In this document: piece by piece, positions 1 through 13,100 of the stretch | Layout of the letters: each line of letters begins with the position of its first letter | Position numbering within the stretch: position 1 is the first letter of the stretch | Origin: Podarcis vaucheri | Taxonomy: Eukaryota | NCBI GenBank assembly: GCA_965113315.1 | Contig: OZ220371.1 | Strand: one strand, 5' to 3' | Length of the DNA: 64,000 nt | Translations under genes and position numbers: made by a program | The notes under the pieces: generated by a model | Database searches by the model: none | Told to the model about the DNA's origin: nothing | Seen by the model: the letters and a program-made list of their open reading frames with translations, nothing else

Positions 1-93
1 ACTTACTCAACAGCATATTTCGTTTACAACTTAAAAGCACTCAAAGCATATCAAAGCGTTCCACAATGAATACAGAATATAGCTTCTACTTAC

Positions 94-165
94 AGCCTGT
101 AGAGTTTTGGAGTCCCAAGAAACAGCAACTCTGAGAGGAGTTGAAGATTATTTCTGTTTAGACGC
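94..165 (-). CDS. SLIT2: SLIT2 coding exon 4 (72 nt, one LRR); gene continues beyond window start
   Basis: Pyrimidine tract + ttcag|G CGT CTA AAC...TAC AGG CT|gtaagt; encodes RLNRNNLQLLSELLFLGTPKLYR(L). Confidence 0.96.
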
Positions 166-1152
166 CTGAAGTAGAAAAGAAAAAGAGAGAGTTACAAATC
201 AAAATAAACAGCAACTTTATCATGATGTGTCATAACTCAACAACCTGAGACTAAGTGGCCCATGCAGGAGAAACAAGCCAGCGTTAGTGCCAGGGGCTAT
301 GCAGAAAACATAAGCCAAAATACCGTGATGTTTTATCTATATGTATTAGCATAAAGTATGCATGAGTGTTTTAAATTCCAACTTTTTTACTCCATGAGGA
401 CAGCATGAGGAATGAGCAGAGAGACCACCCTACCGCCAGGGCTTAAGCAATCATTTTCCCCTTGTGGAAAGTCATTGTAAAAAAGAGAGCCATCAGGCAT
501 GTTACACCGATTTATCCTTCAAGGAGCACCGGCAATTAAACTGACATGAGCTATAACAAATCAAACCTTTCAGGTGGTGTTATAAAACGCTAGCAAAATC
601 CCCGTCGTTATGATCGTCGGGGAATGAGTATAAAGAGGGAGTGTGTAGTATCAAGAACTTGAAGGAACATATTGCACCTCCCCACAGAGTCCTCCTCAGC
701 GGAGATTGTGTACTAGCCACCACAGAATGGCAGCGGGGAAGGCAGAAGCAGGCTGCATTAGCTAATATGGATTAAGCTTCAGTTTGCCCATCCATGTGCA
801 CAAATGGCACCAAATGCAGTTTTGGAAGCTCTTTCAGCTCTCATTAGCTAATAAATGTGCCAAATGTAAGCCTCAATGGACGTATATTTATTGCCAAAGG
901 GTGAGCCTAGATGGCACCAGTCAAATCTTCCTCTGTCAGAAGAGACAGACATGCGATCAGTTTTGTAAAGTGGTCCAAAGGGTATTCGGAAGATGCATAA
1001 GATTGTACTCTTTGCTATTTTTAATATCTGTTTAGTGGTAGCAAGTCAATTCCAGAATAGCTGTTTTATTGGACCTCATTTTAGATATGGGCTCAGTTCA
1101 AACACCATATCAACCGATGGTCTTGAACACATAATTATGAACTAGTACAATA

Positions 1153-1235
1153 CAGTGGAATCTCAAGTTACAAACACCTCAGGTTACAAACACTTCAGGT
1201 TACAAACACTGCTAACCTGCAAGAGTTACCTCGAG
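1153..1235. mobile_element. Tc1/mariner-type MITE terminal fragment
   Basis: TA+CAGTGG..CTC terminus followed by CAGGTTACAAACAC subterminal repeats, like the full copies at 37089 and 38282. Confidence 0.55.
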
Positions 1236-1987
1236 TTGAGTACTTTACCCCAGGATGAGAATGGAAATGGTTGCACTACTACCAGATTAGTGAAATGTTT
1301 AAAAAAGACTGTAAAATGTGTGGCTATACTCATGACAACCCCTGACGAGCCAGTATGCAGAAGATCGAGCAACCCATCAAAGGTCTGAGAAAAGCAGAAA
1401 CAGTGTTTATCCAATATAAATGGCCCCCACCAGAAGTATTAGCTCTGTTATTTGGGAGGGGTGATACAGGTACAGATGATATTCCTGTTCCTACCATCAC
1501 CACCATACCCCCAAGCCCTTGAGGATATGTTAGTTGCTAGCACTACCTCAAAGTATGGAGAGTTCCAAATAAGCTGGGAGCACCTCATATTTCAAACAAT
1601 TGTACTGTCAATCATAAGTACGTAGAGAGAAAAGGGCAAACAAGCACCTCCCTCACCAAATGTCTGGTCAGTTGGAATCCTTCCCAATGACTGCTATGAT
1701 AAATGTGATAAATGTGATAAAGCCAAAGCTATCTATGGGTTTCATGTGTAAGTAACACTAAGCAGGCTCCAACAGCACATTAATAGCTTAAGCCACTTTA
1801 AAGCAGCGGTGCCCAACTGGATCATGTAGAAACTACGATTTTTCCACATAATGCAGAGGAACCAAGATGTGACCACTGTACCAATTATTACTGGAGACAG
1901 GATTTGTTCTATAAATTGCTATATAAGACAATGGAAGGCAATTTTTAAATACAGTATGTTGAATAAATTATTCCTTGAAACATTATA

Positions 1988-2155
1988 CAGTGGTACCTCT
2001 GGATGCAAATGGGATCCGTTCCAGAGCCCCGTTTGCATCCTGAAGCGAATGCAACCCACGTCCGTGGGTCGCGATTTGCTGCTTCCGTGCATGCGCGTGA
2101 CGTCATTTTGAGCGTCTGTGCATGCGCGAGTGGCGAAACCCGGAAGTAACGTGCT
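1988..2155. mobile_element. Tc1/mariner-type non-autonomous element, one arm only
   Basis: TA CAGTGGTACCTC terminus, CpG-rich; reverse-complement similar to 27545-27728. Confidence 0.7.
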
Positions 2156-2239
2156 GACTGTACAAGAATACTGCTGAAATTAATCACTTGCTTAAACAAG
2201 ATTTACAGAAACTAGCCAGAAACTAACATGCCACACTAA

Positions 2240-2543
2240 TAAAAAAATTCCTTCCAGTAGCACCTTAAAGACCAACTAAGTTAGTTCTTGGTATGAGCTT
2301 TCGTGTGCATGCACACTTCTTCAGATACACTGAAACAGAAGTTGCCAGATCCTTCTATATAGTGAGAAGGTGGGGAGGGGTATTACTCAGAAGGGTGGTG
2401 GGAATGGGAGATTGGCAGATAGCTGAGATGAGCCTGTTGACGACTCTTAACGACTGTAATAGGTCTTGCAGGAAAAGGCAAGGGGTGAGAAGGTGAGAAA
2501 TGGCTTAGTCATGTATAATGAGATAAGAATCCAATGTCTCTGT
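2240..2543 (-). mobile_element. Penelope-like retroelement 3' fragment (pLTR)
   Basis: Minus strand encodes ...RDIGFLSHYT* (typical end of the Penelope GIY-YIG ORF) at 2541-2509, then CTGAAGAAG..CGAAAGCT and GGTCTTTAAGGTGCTAC end; flanked by CACACTAA direct repeat (2232, 2544). Confidence 0.85.
2291..2328 (-). ncRNA. Minimal type I hammerhead ribozyme motif (Penelope-associated)
   Basis: GUAU-CUGAAGA-A-GUGUGC-AU-GCACAC-GAAA-GC-UC^-AUAC: intact core, palindromic helix II, vestigial helix III, 4-bp helix I. Confidence 0.75.
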
Positions 2544-2649
2544 CACACTAAACCACAGTTTAGAATGTTGTACAGAAGCTGGGACAAATTTTAGCAGAGC
2601 TTAGGTACTCCCCTTTGCCTGCAGCCATGATGACAATTTTAGGTGCAAT

Positions 2650-2843
2650 TCAGAGTTAGTATGGGGCAGAGACTGGCCTGGGAGACCTGAGTTCAAATCC
2701 TCATGAAGTTCACTGGGTGGCCTTGGGCAGTCACTGCCTCTCAGGATTATTGTGGGGAATGAAGTGAGAATGGGGAGAACCACTTATGCCACATTGAGCT
2801 CCTTGGGGAGAAGGATGGAAAATAAATGCAATAAATAAATAAT
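2650..2843 (+). mobile_element. Old tRNA-derived (CORE/Squam3-like) SINE
   Basis: B-box GAGTTCAAATCC, CORE-like CTGGGTGGCCTTGGGCAGTCAC, (TAAA)n tail. Confidence 0.65.
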
Positions 2844-5489
2844 ACATCTACTTTTGTTTTTGCTGAATCTCAGCTTCTTCTTGGGTGCAAACCAGGGATT
2901 CTGGTTTGTAACAAAATCTTGTCAGTTCCCAAACAAGTCAACTTTAAACCCTGAGCTATGTTAAGCTAACCAATACTAACCACTTCATAAATGTTAATGC
3001 ACTACATTTTCCATTTCAGAACTGAATTTTCAGTTAAGACCAACCTTGTGTGTATAAATAGTTCCCATAAGGAATGTAAAAGTTATTGATTCAGTGATGG
3101 TCTGCAACAGAACTGAGTAAATGGGAAAGCTAAGGCAACTTTAAATTCTGTAAAGAACAATTCAATAAAAACTTGATTCTTTACAAAAGGTACCCACTAA
3201 TGCTTATTTTGACATTTTGCAACACTGCAACTAATTTAAGTGGTTAAAAGAAAAGAGCATCCAGCAAACAGTGTCTCAAAGAATGAGCACAAAACAGATG
3301 TGGGAAAAATAAACAGCCTTCCTGTCTTGGAATTTCTAAAAAGGTCTGCAAAGAGCAAACAGGACTTCTCACTGCAATTTGACTTCTAGACCTGTTAAAG
3401 ACAGTCCCATGAGAACTAGACTCAGATTAATTAAGTATAGTGCTAGAAACTACTACAGTTAGAAAAAAGTACACAAGCTCTTCAGTTACACAGCTTACAC
3501 ACTCTTACCCAAGAGTGGGCGAAAAGTTACAGTAGTTCCTTTCCTTCTCAGAATTCCATTTGCTAGAAACATGCCTACTAAAAAAGAAACGAAATGAAAT
3601 GCTGTCGTTTTATACTAAGATCCTATGGCAGGTAGGTTGCAGGTGTCAGTCTGAAACCATATGAATTTTTCTGGACAGCCTAGTTTTAATGCTGTGATGT
3701 TCTGCATGATTTGCCAACTATTTCTGAGAATTTAGAGATAGCAAGTACTTGATGATGAATTTTTAAAATGTAAACAGTATATAATGAAAGGCAAAGCTTA
3801 TGTGGCATAGAAACATGATCACAAGAAAAGTCCTGGTACGTTGACACATCGACACTCAGAGAACTTTGATAACTTTTAGCCACTGTTTAAACCGCCACAA
3901 AACCTAACATGCAAGTTCATGCAATTGTCAGTAATACACTATTTTTTGTTGGTGACAAAATTATTCCTTCTAATTTAAGAACAGCAACACTACATCTGGC
4001 TAAGAGTAAGTTACACTTGAATTTATTTCAGTCCCTTAACCACCTTTCTGTAGCTTCTGTAATTTGCAGCAAAATGGAACCTTTGGTGTGGTATTTAGAT
4101 ACTGCTAAATCCAAACATAGACCAATTACTTAATATTTAGGAAAAACAAGCAAGCACAGGTGTGGGAGTACAAAACCCTATAATTATCAGGAGACAATTC
4201 ACACGGTCTTTTATTAACTGATAAACACTAAGGTGCCACCATCCTTGTTAAGGGATAGTGTGCACTGTGTACCTAAAACCATGTATGTTAGTAAGGATAG
4301 TTTGCCTCAACACTGATTAACAAGGAGCAACTGCTTTCTGCTTTCCCCCTCCAGGCCTGCTCAAAAGCATATTCTCTGCTTTTGCTCATTATCTACCTTC
4401 AGAGAGAAAGCTGGGCAGCATTAACCCTTAAGTTTATATATTCCTAGACATCAAGAGGATCTGTACCTATAAACAACATACATCCATGCCTCTTTTAAAA
4501 GATGGAATTTTAGAATGTGCATAGCTTTGCAAATATTTACAGTTCCTCTGTTTCACTGCAGAGTTACAGAACGCAGATATTGAAAGAGACTTCTGCTTGT
4601 AACTCAAAACACTGCTCTTACTCTGAAAAGTGCTTGGGGCAAATCAGTATTTGTCAGTATAAAAGCAGTACAGTGAAAGCAGTAAGTAGCAATGGGTGAT
4701 TGCCATTGATGTTTATTCATTTTTGTATTAAACCTGCCCCCTCCAAATTGCTTGAGGGAAGTTATAAAATGAACACACATATCCAGAAAAAAAATATATG
4801 TCAGAACAACCTGCCCTAAGATATTGACCCCAGCTGTCAAAAATGAGGCCAAGCATTTTCAGAGTTCTCCTGAATACTCAGGCTTTGGTAGCACAGCAAG
4901 GGACCTGCAGATCAATACTACATCCATGTGGGAAGAGTACAGCACAATGCAGTCCCATCGTATTTTAGGACTTGGTGCCAAACAGCGATTCATAGCAAAC
5001 AAAAAATGGTAAACATTTTCTGCAAATACTACTCATTTGCTAAAATGACTACAAATAGTCATTTACAAATAATTTGCTACAACTATTATTAAAAGCAATC
5101 ATATTCCTTACTGTTTATTATAGTAAGTGCAAGATTCTTTTTGGGTTCTCCCATACTCAGCTTAAAAGCAACTTCAGTTAGATCCAGACTTCTCCTAGCT
5201 CCCCGTTTCTACCTGATGCACACACAAAACCCTGAAAGTTCACACGCAGCCCTGAAATTCCACACATGAAATTGCTACAGAGACATTCCGACAACCTTGT
5301 TGCCTCCAGTTTCCACCCACTAACTCCATCCACCTTCCACAGAAGATGCTGTCTCCACAAGTGGCAGCAGTCTCTATTCCACATTTGACACATAAATGAA
5401 TAGGGTAGGCAGTGACATGTGAAGCTGTGGGCCACCACCATATACTTGGGAGAGAGTATAAGAGGGTGGCCAGGAGCAGCAGCAAAATA

Positions 5490-5498
5490 AATTAATAA

Positions 5499-5539
<41 letters not shown>

Positions 5540-5986
5540 CCCCACCCTCCCCAGCCAAAGCCAGGCTCAGGGAGGCTAACACCAATAAAATCACAGTAAA
5601 AACATAACAGGGGGAAAGGGGGGGAACACAATTTAAAATACAGGTTAAATGCAATTTAAAATGCAGCTTCATTTTAAAATAGCCGATAAATCAAGACCAT
5701 AAGGGGAGAGAAACATAAGGGTCTGACTGAGTCCATACCAAAGGCCAGGTGGAACAGCTCTGTCTTGCAGGCCCTGCGGAAAGATGTCAAGTCCTGCAGG
5801 GCCCTAGTTTCTTGTGACAGAGCGTTCCACCACATCGGGGCCAGTGTTGAAAAGGCCCTGGCCCTAGTTGAGACTAGTCTAACCTCCTTGAGGCTCGGGA
5901 CCTCCAAAGTGTTGTTATTTGTGGACCTTAAGGCCCTCCGCGGGGCATACCAGGAGAGGCGGTCCCGTAGGTACGTGGGTCCTAGG
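5490..5986 (-). mobile_element. L2 LINE 3' fragment
   Basis: ORF 5674-6012 has GPTYLRDRL...RAFSTLAPMWWNAL...FRRACKTELF (L2 ORF2 C-terminus); (TAAA)n tail. Confidence 0.88.
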
Positions 5987-6195
5987 CAGCTGCTACTCCT
6001 AGCCAACACCAATCACAAAGGCAGGCAGCAGTGGCAAGGAACACCATTTGCAACAGACATGGCAGAGGAGGAGGGCCAATGCAGTGTCAAGCAGATGGTA
6101 ACCACCAGGATAAAGCCACCAAGATCAAGCCGTATAGCTTTTGCTGAAGGCAGGTGGCAGTGATGGCAGCTCTCTCGTATTAGCAATAGCAGGTC

Positions 6196-6289
6196 ACGAT
6201 CAGAAGGTGGCCATTCTGGGATAATGACACTTGCTTAAGCCAACGATCAGAAGGTGGCCATTCTGGGATAATGACACTTGCTTAAGCCA
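6196..6289. repeat. Perfect 47-bp tandem duplication
   Basis: ACGATCAGAAGGTGGCCATTCTGGGATAATGACACTTGCTTAAGCCA x2. Confidence 0.95.
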
Positions 6290-6772
6290 ACTACTGATGC
6301 TGGATACACCCCTCTGGGTATGTAGACACAAGTAAAATATTCATGAGGCAGTGGCATCTAAGCCATATTGCACCAACACTCTAGATAACATTTCTAATAG
6401 CTGTCTAGGAGCCAGTCTACATTTTACACATGTGTAGTCTATGTGGATCTAAAGGTTCCCCCCCCCTTTATAAAGTTTATAAAACAGAGAGAACAATTAC
6501 AACAGCAGGTGAAAGTTAAAACAGAGAAACAAACTTCAAAATAGGCACAAGGAATATGTGCAGTTGCACATGGGCTAAAATAACAAGGTGAAAGTAAAGA
6601 ATTTTATCAATTATAATTCCATATTTTCCAGGCTTGTACGGAGGGTTGTTGTGAAAACAATTGTTCCACTGTATGTGTAATAAAATAATGCCAGTTTAAT
6701 ATAAAGAGTGCCTGGAGGTTCTAGGCCTTGTGTAGCTTTCTCCATTATAGCTATATTATAGTTGTGTATATA

Positions 6773-7138
6773 CCGTATTTTTTGCTCTATAACACGCACC
6801 AGAACATAACACGCATGTAGTTTTTAGAGGAAAACAAGAAAAAAAATATTCTAAACGAAATAATGGATATATGATTTTTGTGGTTCATGCTGTGGCCACA
6901 GACATGTGATCTGACAATGAGTTTGGAGTAGCCCAATGCAAAAATCCTGAGGATCCATGTGGATCCATGCTTTGTAACCACGGAGGAGGGAAGGAAGGTG
7001 AACCATGGATCCTCTGCTCACGACTGCAGCAGACACCCCCCCCCGGCCACCCACAGGCATTCGCTCCATAACACGCACAGACATTTCCCCTTACTTTCTA
7101 GGAGGAAAAAAGTGAGTGTTATGGTGCAAAAAATACGG
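6773..7138. mobile_element. Tc1/mariner (pogo/Tigger-like) MITE
   Basis: TA|CCGTATTTTTTGC...GCAAAAAATACGG|TA terminal inverted repeats with TA TSD. Confidence 0.85.
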
Positions 7139-7457
7139 TATATTTTTTAAACAACAACAACAATGAAACACAAGCACAAACCAGCAAATAGCCTCTAAAA
7201 TGGCAAGTTTCAGTGAGGAACAGCTGGAGGAAGGAGAAAGGATATGATACCAGTGATGGTCCTGCTGACCCACCTTTTTGTACAGAATCGAAAAGGGGGA
7301 AAGGGTACTTCATGGGGGGAAAGCAGGTTGGGAAGAAGACTGTCCTGTGCAGATAATTGTTCAATGGGATCCCACCCAATCTCTCTGCTTCAGCACTGTT
7401 CCTCCATTGAAACCAACAGCCGGAGAGGCTTTCAAAAATCTCTACTTTTCCCTTGAG

Positions 7458-7604
7458 CAGTGGCGTAGCGTGGGGGGTGCAGGGGGGGCCGGCCGCACCG
7501 GCCGCAACATCTGGGGGTTAGGGTTAGGGGGCGCAAATCCACGGGTTAGGGGGCGCAAATTACTTGCCTTGCCCCGGGTGCTGACAACCCACGCTACGCC
7601 ACTG
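7458..7604. mobile_element. hAT MITE containing TTAGGG motifs
   Basis: TIR CAGTGGCGTAGCGTGGG; perfect 8-bp TSD CCCTTGAG. Confidence 0.9.
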
Positions 7605-8061
7605 CCCTTGAGTATCTCATGTGTAAGGTTTTGTTTTTGTAAGTTCGAATGACTGCTGTTGGAGCAATATAACCAATGCTACAAATATTGAAATTTGCTT
7701 TGGGTTGTCCCCCCCCCCGGGAGTGTCTTTATAAACACCAAATGCTGGCACAGGAAAGGGGACCAAATGAAAATGTTTCCTCCATCTCTTCCCTATCCCT
7801 TTATCCCCCACTCTTTATCAAGGGACAGGGAAAAGTCAGAGGAAACGTTTTCATTCACTCCCCTTTTCTGTGCCAATGTTTGCCAATCTACCACTCACAT
7901 CAACCTGAGGTCTACTCTTCTGCCTGCTGCTTCCTTGGTTTACTGCCATGCTGCCAAGCTCACTTAGCCAAATGCAAACTTATGAGAGCAGGTGTACATA
8001 CATGCACATTAGACTGACACTTTCCCCCACTTTGGACTTTACAATGCTAGGATGGTCAGTT

Positions 8062-8450
8062 AAAAAAGGTAAAGGTAAAGGACCCCTGACAGTTTTAAGT
8101 CCAGTCACAAACGACTCTAGTGTTGCGGAGCTCATCTCGCTTTACAAGCCGAGGGAGCTGGCATTTGTCCGCAGACAGTTTTTCCGGGTCATGTGGCCAG
8201 CATGACTAAGCCACTTCTGGCGCAACGGAACACCAAAACCAGAGCAGCGCACGGAACGCGGTTTACCTTCCTGCCGGAGCGGTACCTATTTCTCTACTTG
8301 CACTTTTTGGCGTGCTTTCGAACTGCTAGGTTGGGAGGAGCTGGGACCAAGGAACAGGAGCTCACCCAGTCACAGGGATTCGAACCGCAGACCTTCAGAT
8401 TGGCAAGCCCAAGAGGCTCAGTGGTTTAGACCACAGCGCCACCCGCATCC
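8062..8450 (-). mobile_element. Sauria SINE
   Basis: tRNA-like head GGATGCGGGTGGCGCTGTGG, conserved GGTCATGTGGCCAGCATGAC core, (ACCTTT)n tail, AGGATGG..CA TSD. Confidence 0.92.
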
Positions 8451-9553
8451 AGGATGGCCACTGAAGTATCGCTAAAAAGCATCACTCCAAAACACAACAC
8501 TAAGTTGTCATAAAACATATAGGTGCTACACTGCTAATTTCTAGGTACAGGTGCAGATTTAGAAATAATTACTATAATTTAAACAGAAATACAGTTATCA
8601 CATTGTAAAGGATAAGACTGTGACCAGGTGACTGCTATGTTGCACTTACTCCAAGTTCTAAGTGTTGATGGGCAGCTACAGGACATTTGCTCTCCCTTCT
8701 AATGGTTCCTTATCTTCAACCAGGCAGCTCTCTCAATGGATGATGCTTTCAAACAGAAAACTGTCCTCTGTAAAGTAGGGCACATGTCCACTCTATGCAA
8801 CACATTTCCCAAAACAGGCTGGTAACCACTTCGGATTCTGCAGGACTTGAGAGAGCTTGTTTGCACTCTGAAAAGTTTCTGCTTATCTGCCCAAGCTCCC
8901 CAATTAGCTTCCTCAGACAAAGGTCAACAATACGGTAATAAGTGGGTGGCAGATTGCAGTCAGACATTAATATTTTCAGTTACAGAACTGTAACTAAGTA
9001 CGACTGCTCTTTTGAAAGGCCATTTGCGATATATATTTTTCACAGACATCTAATCCAAATATCTATGGGTAAAGTCTGCAAAAATGGGCATTGCACATCA
9101 ATACATAATGAAAGTTAGACTAAAGGTCTGTTTTAATCAATCTTTAGTCAGTGCCCATTTTTATGCTATGAAATGTAATACTAGTTACCACTGGTAGGGT
9201 CATGACCGTTACTAAGAAAATTCACTACATTAATTTCCCTGGTGCAGTGACCTGAATCAGCATTCTATACAATGCCCACATATAGAGGAGCGTGTGGAAG
9301 ATGAGACGGCTGAAAAGAAGTGGAAATAATCTCTTTTATCATCATTAAAGAATATCAATTGATGCTGGCTGAAGCCTAACTCAGATTTCCATCTCACTTT
9401 GGTTGTGGTACTCTAATGCTCATTAAAAGTCCACAACAAACGAATCTTACACCTTTTGCTTCCCTTTCCTTTCCCACCGACATGGAAACAAATTCATACA
9501 AACAACTGCTTGTAGTGAGCCACTGGTGCATGATTCTTTAAATACACTATACT

Positions 9554-9603
9554 ATATACTAACAAGAGTATGTTAACAAATATACTAACAAGAGTATGTT
9601 AAC
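9554..9603. repeat. 26-bp-period tandem duplication
   Basis: ATATACTAACAAGAGTATGTTAAC x2. Confidence 0.9.
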
Positions 9604-10548
9604 TAGAATTCTGAGAATATTCAAAAACATGCTTAGAACTGAATAGCTTTGCCATAATTAAATGTTTATATTGTCAAAGTTATACCATAGCTGGTAAAAC
9701 TGCTGTTTCTTTGGGTACCTAATCAAGCAGCACTTTAATATTCTGTTAGACTGTGCTCTGAAAGACTAATGTTTTGTTTAATGTGGATTTTGTTAGGGAA
9801 AAAACCCCTGTGCTTATGGACTGGGTAGAACAGAGCGTTGTAGGGAAACTGGGTTTTCAGGTCTTTTAATGGAATAGAGCACACAAGAATTCAAACTGTA
9901 CGGCTGGGAAGTCAAAATATATTGCAGGCAAAATTTGTGTTAAATCTTTCTTCCAAGACACCAGAGCTGGAAGCGTCAAACTGGACACATGACAGAGTTA
10001 TAGCTGCTCAATATTTGACCTTGCTGAATTACACCAGCAACAGCTGCCTCCTAGTGCCAACCTACGTCCTTGCAGTTATACTTGAAAATGGAACAAGCAC
10101 ATGTTGCACAACAGCACCTGATCCAGTGTCTAGCCTAAGGGTTGGAAACCCAACTCTGTGCAGTGAAGCCATTTAGACAAGGGAGGATACTAAACAGGAA
10201 ACAGGTTTGCAATCTCTTGGATATTTATTACAAGAAATAAAAAACCTTTACGGGTGGTTTTTGAACAGATAAAAGAATTGAGCAGGTGCATCTGCAAAAG
10301 TAAATGTAGGTTTTGTAGGAGCAAAATCCTGCACTCCAGCAAGCGTAGAGAATCTGGGGCTCTCCAGATATTGCTGCACTCCAATTCCCATCATCCCTGA
10401 GTCATTGACAACATTGTGTCAAAATGAGATTTGCCAGACTACTTTGCCACATACTATTCAAGAAGTATTCCCAAACCAGGATCATGATCTGACAAACCAA
10501 GAAATGTTTTATAAAGCTGGGTTAAAAGGAGGAAAGTAAGAGAGAACA

Positions 10549-10899
10549 GGGATGCGGGTGGCGCTGTGGGTGAAACCACAGAACCTAAGACTTGCTGATC
10601 AGAAGGTTGGTGGTTTGAATCCCCGCGACGGGGTGAGCTCCCGTTGTTCAGTCCCTGCTCCTGCCAACCTAGCAGTTCGAAAGCACGTCAAAGTGAAAGT
10701 AGATAAATAGGTACCGCTCCGGCGGGAAGGTAAACGGCGTTTCCGTGCACTGCTCTGGTTCACCAGAAGCGGCTTAGTCATGCTGGCCACATGACCCGGA
10801 AGCTGTACGCCGGCTCCTTCGGCCAATAAAGCGAGATGAGCACTGCAACCCCAGAGTCGGTCATGACTGGACCTAATGGTCAGGGGTCCCTTTACCTTT
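10549..10899 (+). mobile_element. Sauria SINE, full length
   Basis: GGGATGCGGGTGGCGCTGTGG head to CCCTTTACCTTT tail; TAAGAG-type TSD. Confidence 0.93.
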
Positions 10900-12369
10900 A
10901 AGAGGGAGCAAGCACACAGAGAGGGATGAAGAAATGTTTAGGACTGGCAAACATGGCATCTGAATGCCACCAAAGCCATTGCATGACAGCACTTCCTAGT
11001 GTTGAGGACACTCTCTAATCACTCTCCCAATAACTTTTTAGTTCCAAAAAGTTTTTTGCTACCTCTAACCAAGTCAACAAGTTGATTCATCTGAGTCGGG
11101 TCTTTTTTAATACAGTCTTTGCCTTTATTTTTTTCCTGCCAATTTTATTGGGAGACAGAAGTTGGGCTTCTATTATATTATTTTTGTGAATTCCACAAGG
11201 ATCCAGCACCTCTTTTTCTAGAAAAATAGCACTGCCTGTATATGCAACATCAAGGCAAATACATATATGCACACATGAGCGGTATATGGACTTCAGAGGA
11301 TTCACCAAGTTAAACTGTCACCCAAAGGTCCAACTGGTGACCCCTAGTTTTAGACCTGTTCCCATGGACTCTGAAGGAACAGGAACCATGCTGAAAGTCA
11401 AGCTAATGTAAGTATTTAGGAATGAGATTTGTATTTTTATGTGAACTTCTTGTGCAGCTTTATGCTGCAATATTTTACAATATAATGGACTAAAGGATGC
11501 AGCCATGGGCTGCTGCATGTACATCAAACTTAAGATTCTAACTGTTTTCCACAGCAGCTCTTTGTGTGAACAGGGTCTAATATTGCAGCAGGCTTTGTCT
11601 CCAAGCACCTCTGATAGGAATGACCACAGAATGCAAAGTGAGATTACACAGATTAAAACAAAGTTTGCTCTCAATGGCTTTATCTCAGCATATATAACAG
11701 TAAGCCAAGTGCCTGACATGTTATCAGAGGTCATTGCAATTTACATGTGCCCCTTTCAAAAGCACAGTCTGATTTAATGACTGAACATGCCACTTGTATT
11801 ATTTACACCCCCGTTTCATTTACTTGCGAGAGATAAAGGATCCTCTGCTGTCGATTTGTGAACTGTATTAAAAATGACCAAGAGCGTGATCATTGCCTCA
11901 TCTCAACACCTGCTGAGTGTGATGAAACTGCTACTAAATCCCCTCATGTCAGTGAAGCAAAATGATATGTCTTGTATAGTTAATCTGGTGGTGGCATTAA
12001 AAAAATTGTATTCCATCAGTTCCTTCCACCAGCATAATCCTCACAATGGCAAGACACTGCCAGTACTGTATAAAGCAGCACTGAAGTGCAATAATGGAGG
12101 ACAACATCAGAGAACAGGACTCCTATTACCTCCATAGTTAATTGGAGTAAAACAACCTTATATCCAGGCAAGGGAACGTCACTCCCATCTCAATGTCAGG
12201 AGGTCCTACACACGAGTAGGAATCCTGCAGAGACACATGCCCAACTGGCATGCTCTCTCCCTCCTGGTTGGTCAGGAGACTCCAAGTCTTTCTCCAGCAC
12301 AAACATCACAGCAAGTGATGCCTTGCAGGCACCAGCACACTTCAGGATCAGCAGAGTATTGGCAGTCAG

Positions 12370-12630
12370 TGTAACAGACTCAGTAGTGCAACATTTTGGC
12401 TAAACTACTTTATTTACATATAATACGCTCGGAGCTTTCTAACTCAGCTCCTTCCTCGTCAGCATCAAACAGCAAAGAGAAAGAGACAAATGAGCAAACG
12501 TCCTACATCATGGAAACACAGTAATACAAACATCCTGTCTCCGTCACTTCCCACTATGTGGAATGAAAACATACACCGTCGTGTGATATAAACAATCCCA
12601 TGACTGCAGCAAGGGAATTGAATCCTAACA
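12370..12630 (-). mobile_element. Probable short solo LTR
   Basis: Minus strand TGTTAG...GTTACA termini with AATAAA near the 3' end; TSD only partial (GTCAG/CTCAA). Confidence 0.5.
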
Positions 12631-13100
12631 CTCAACACTCCAACTGCTGCAACTGGGCCTACAAGAACAAGGCACCCTCACAGGTAAGAAGAGTTGGGGG
12701 CCACCTGGGAGGAAGAGGGGAAACCTCTAAAAACACCAGACATCAAAAAGCATTAAGATGTGCAGAGTAGTCATCCACAGCCACAGAACATCGTTGTCTG
12801 CCTCTCTAATGCAATATGGTGACATTATACGTACTAACCTAAACATCACCACCACACCGACACACACCACAGCAACAGCATAAATGAGGAACAGGGTAAG
12901 CATGCAGATTGAAGTCGTACTGGACACCCCACCACCACCCCAAAACCCTGCTGAGTTCTCCCTTATACTGGGAAAGGCGACAAGGAGCACAGACAACTTT
13001 ATTAACACAAAAAGCCTACACTCTACTTACAGCTAGCGATGCCAACTACATGTGACATATTCTTCCATTCAGGATCAGAGGAGGGGCAGCAAAATCAGTA

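Noticed and set aside
8193-8429. Recurrent MASMTKPLL... ORFs (also 10599, 14731, 30760)
   Set aside because: Antisense translations of Sauria SINE copies, not a gene family.
10549-10640. tRNA gene-like A/B boxes
   Set aside because: tRNA-derived head of a SINE, continuous with the SINE body.
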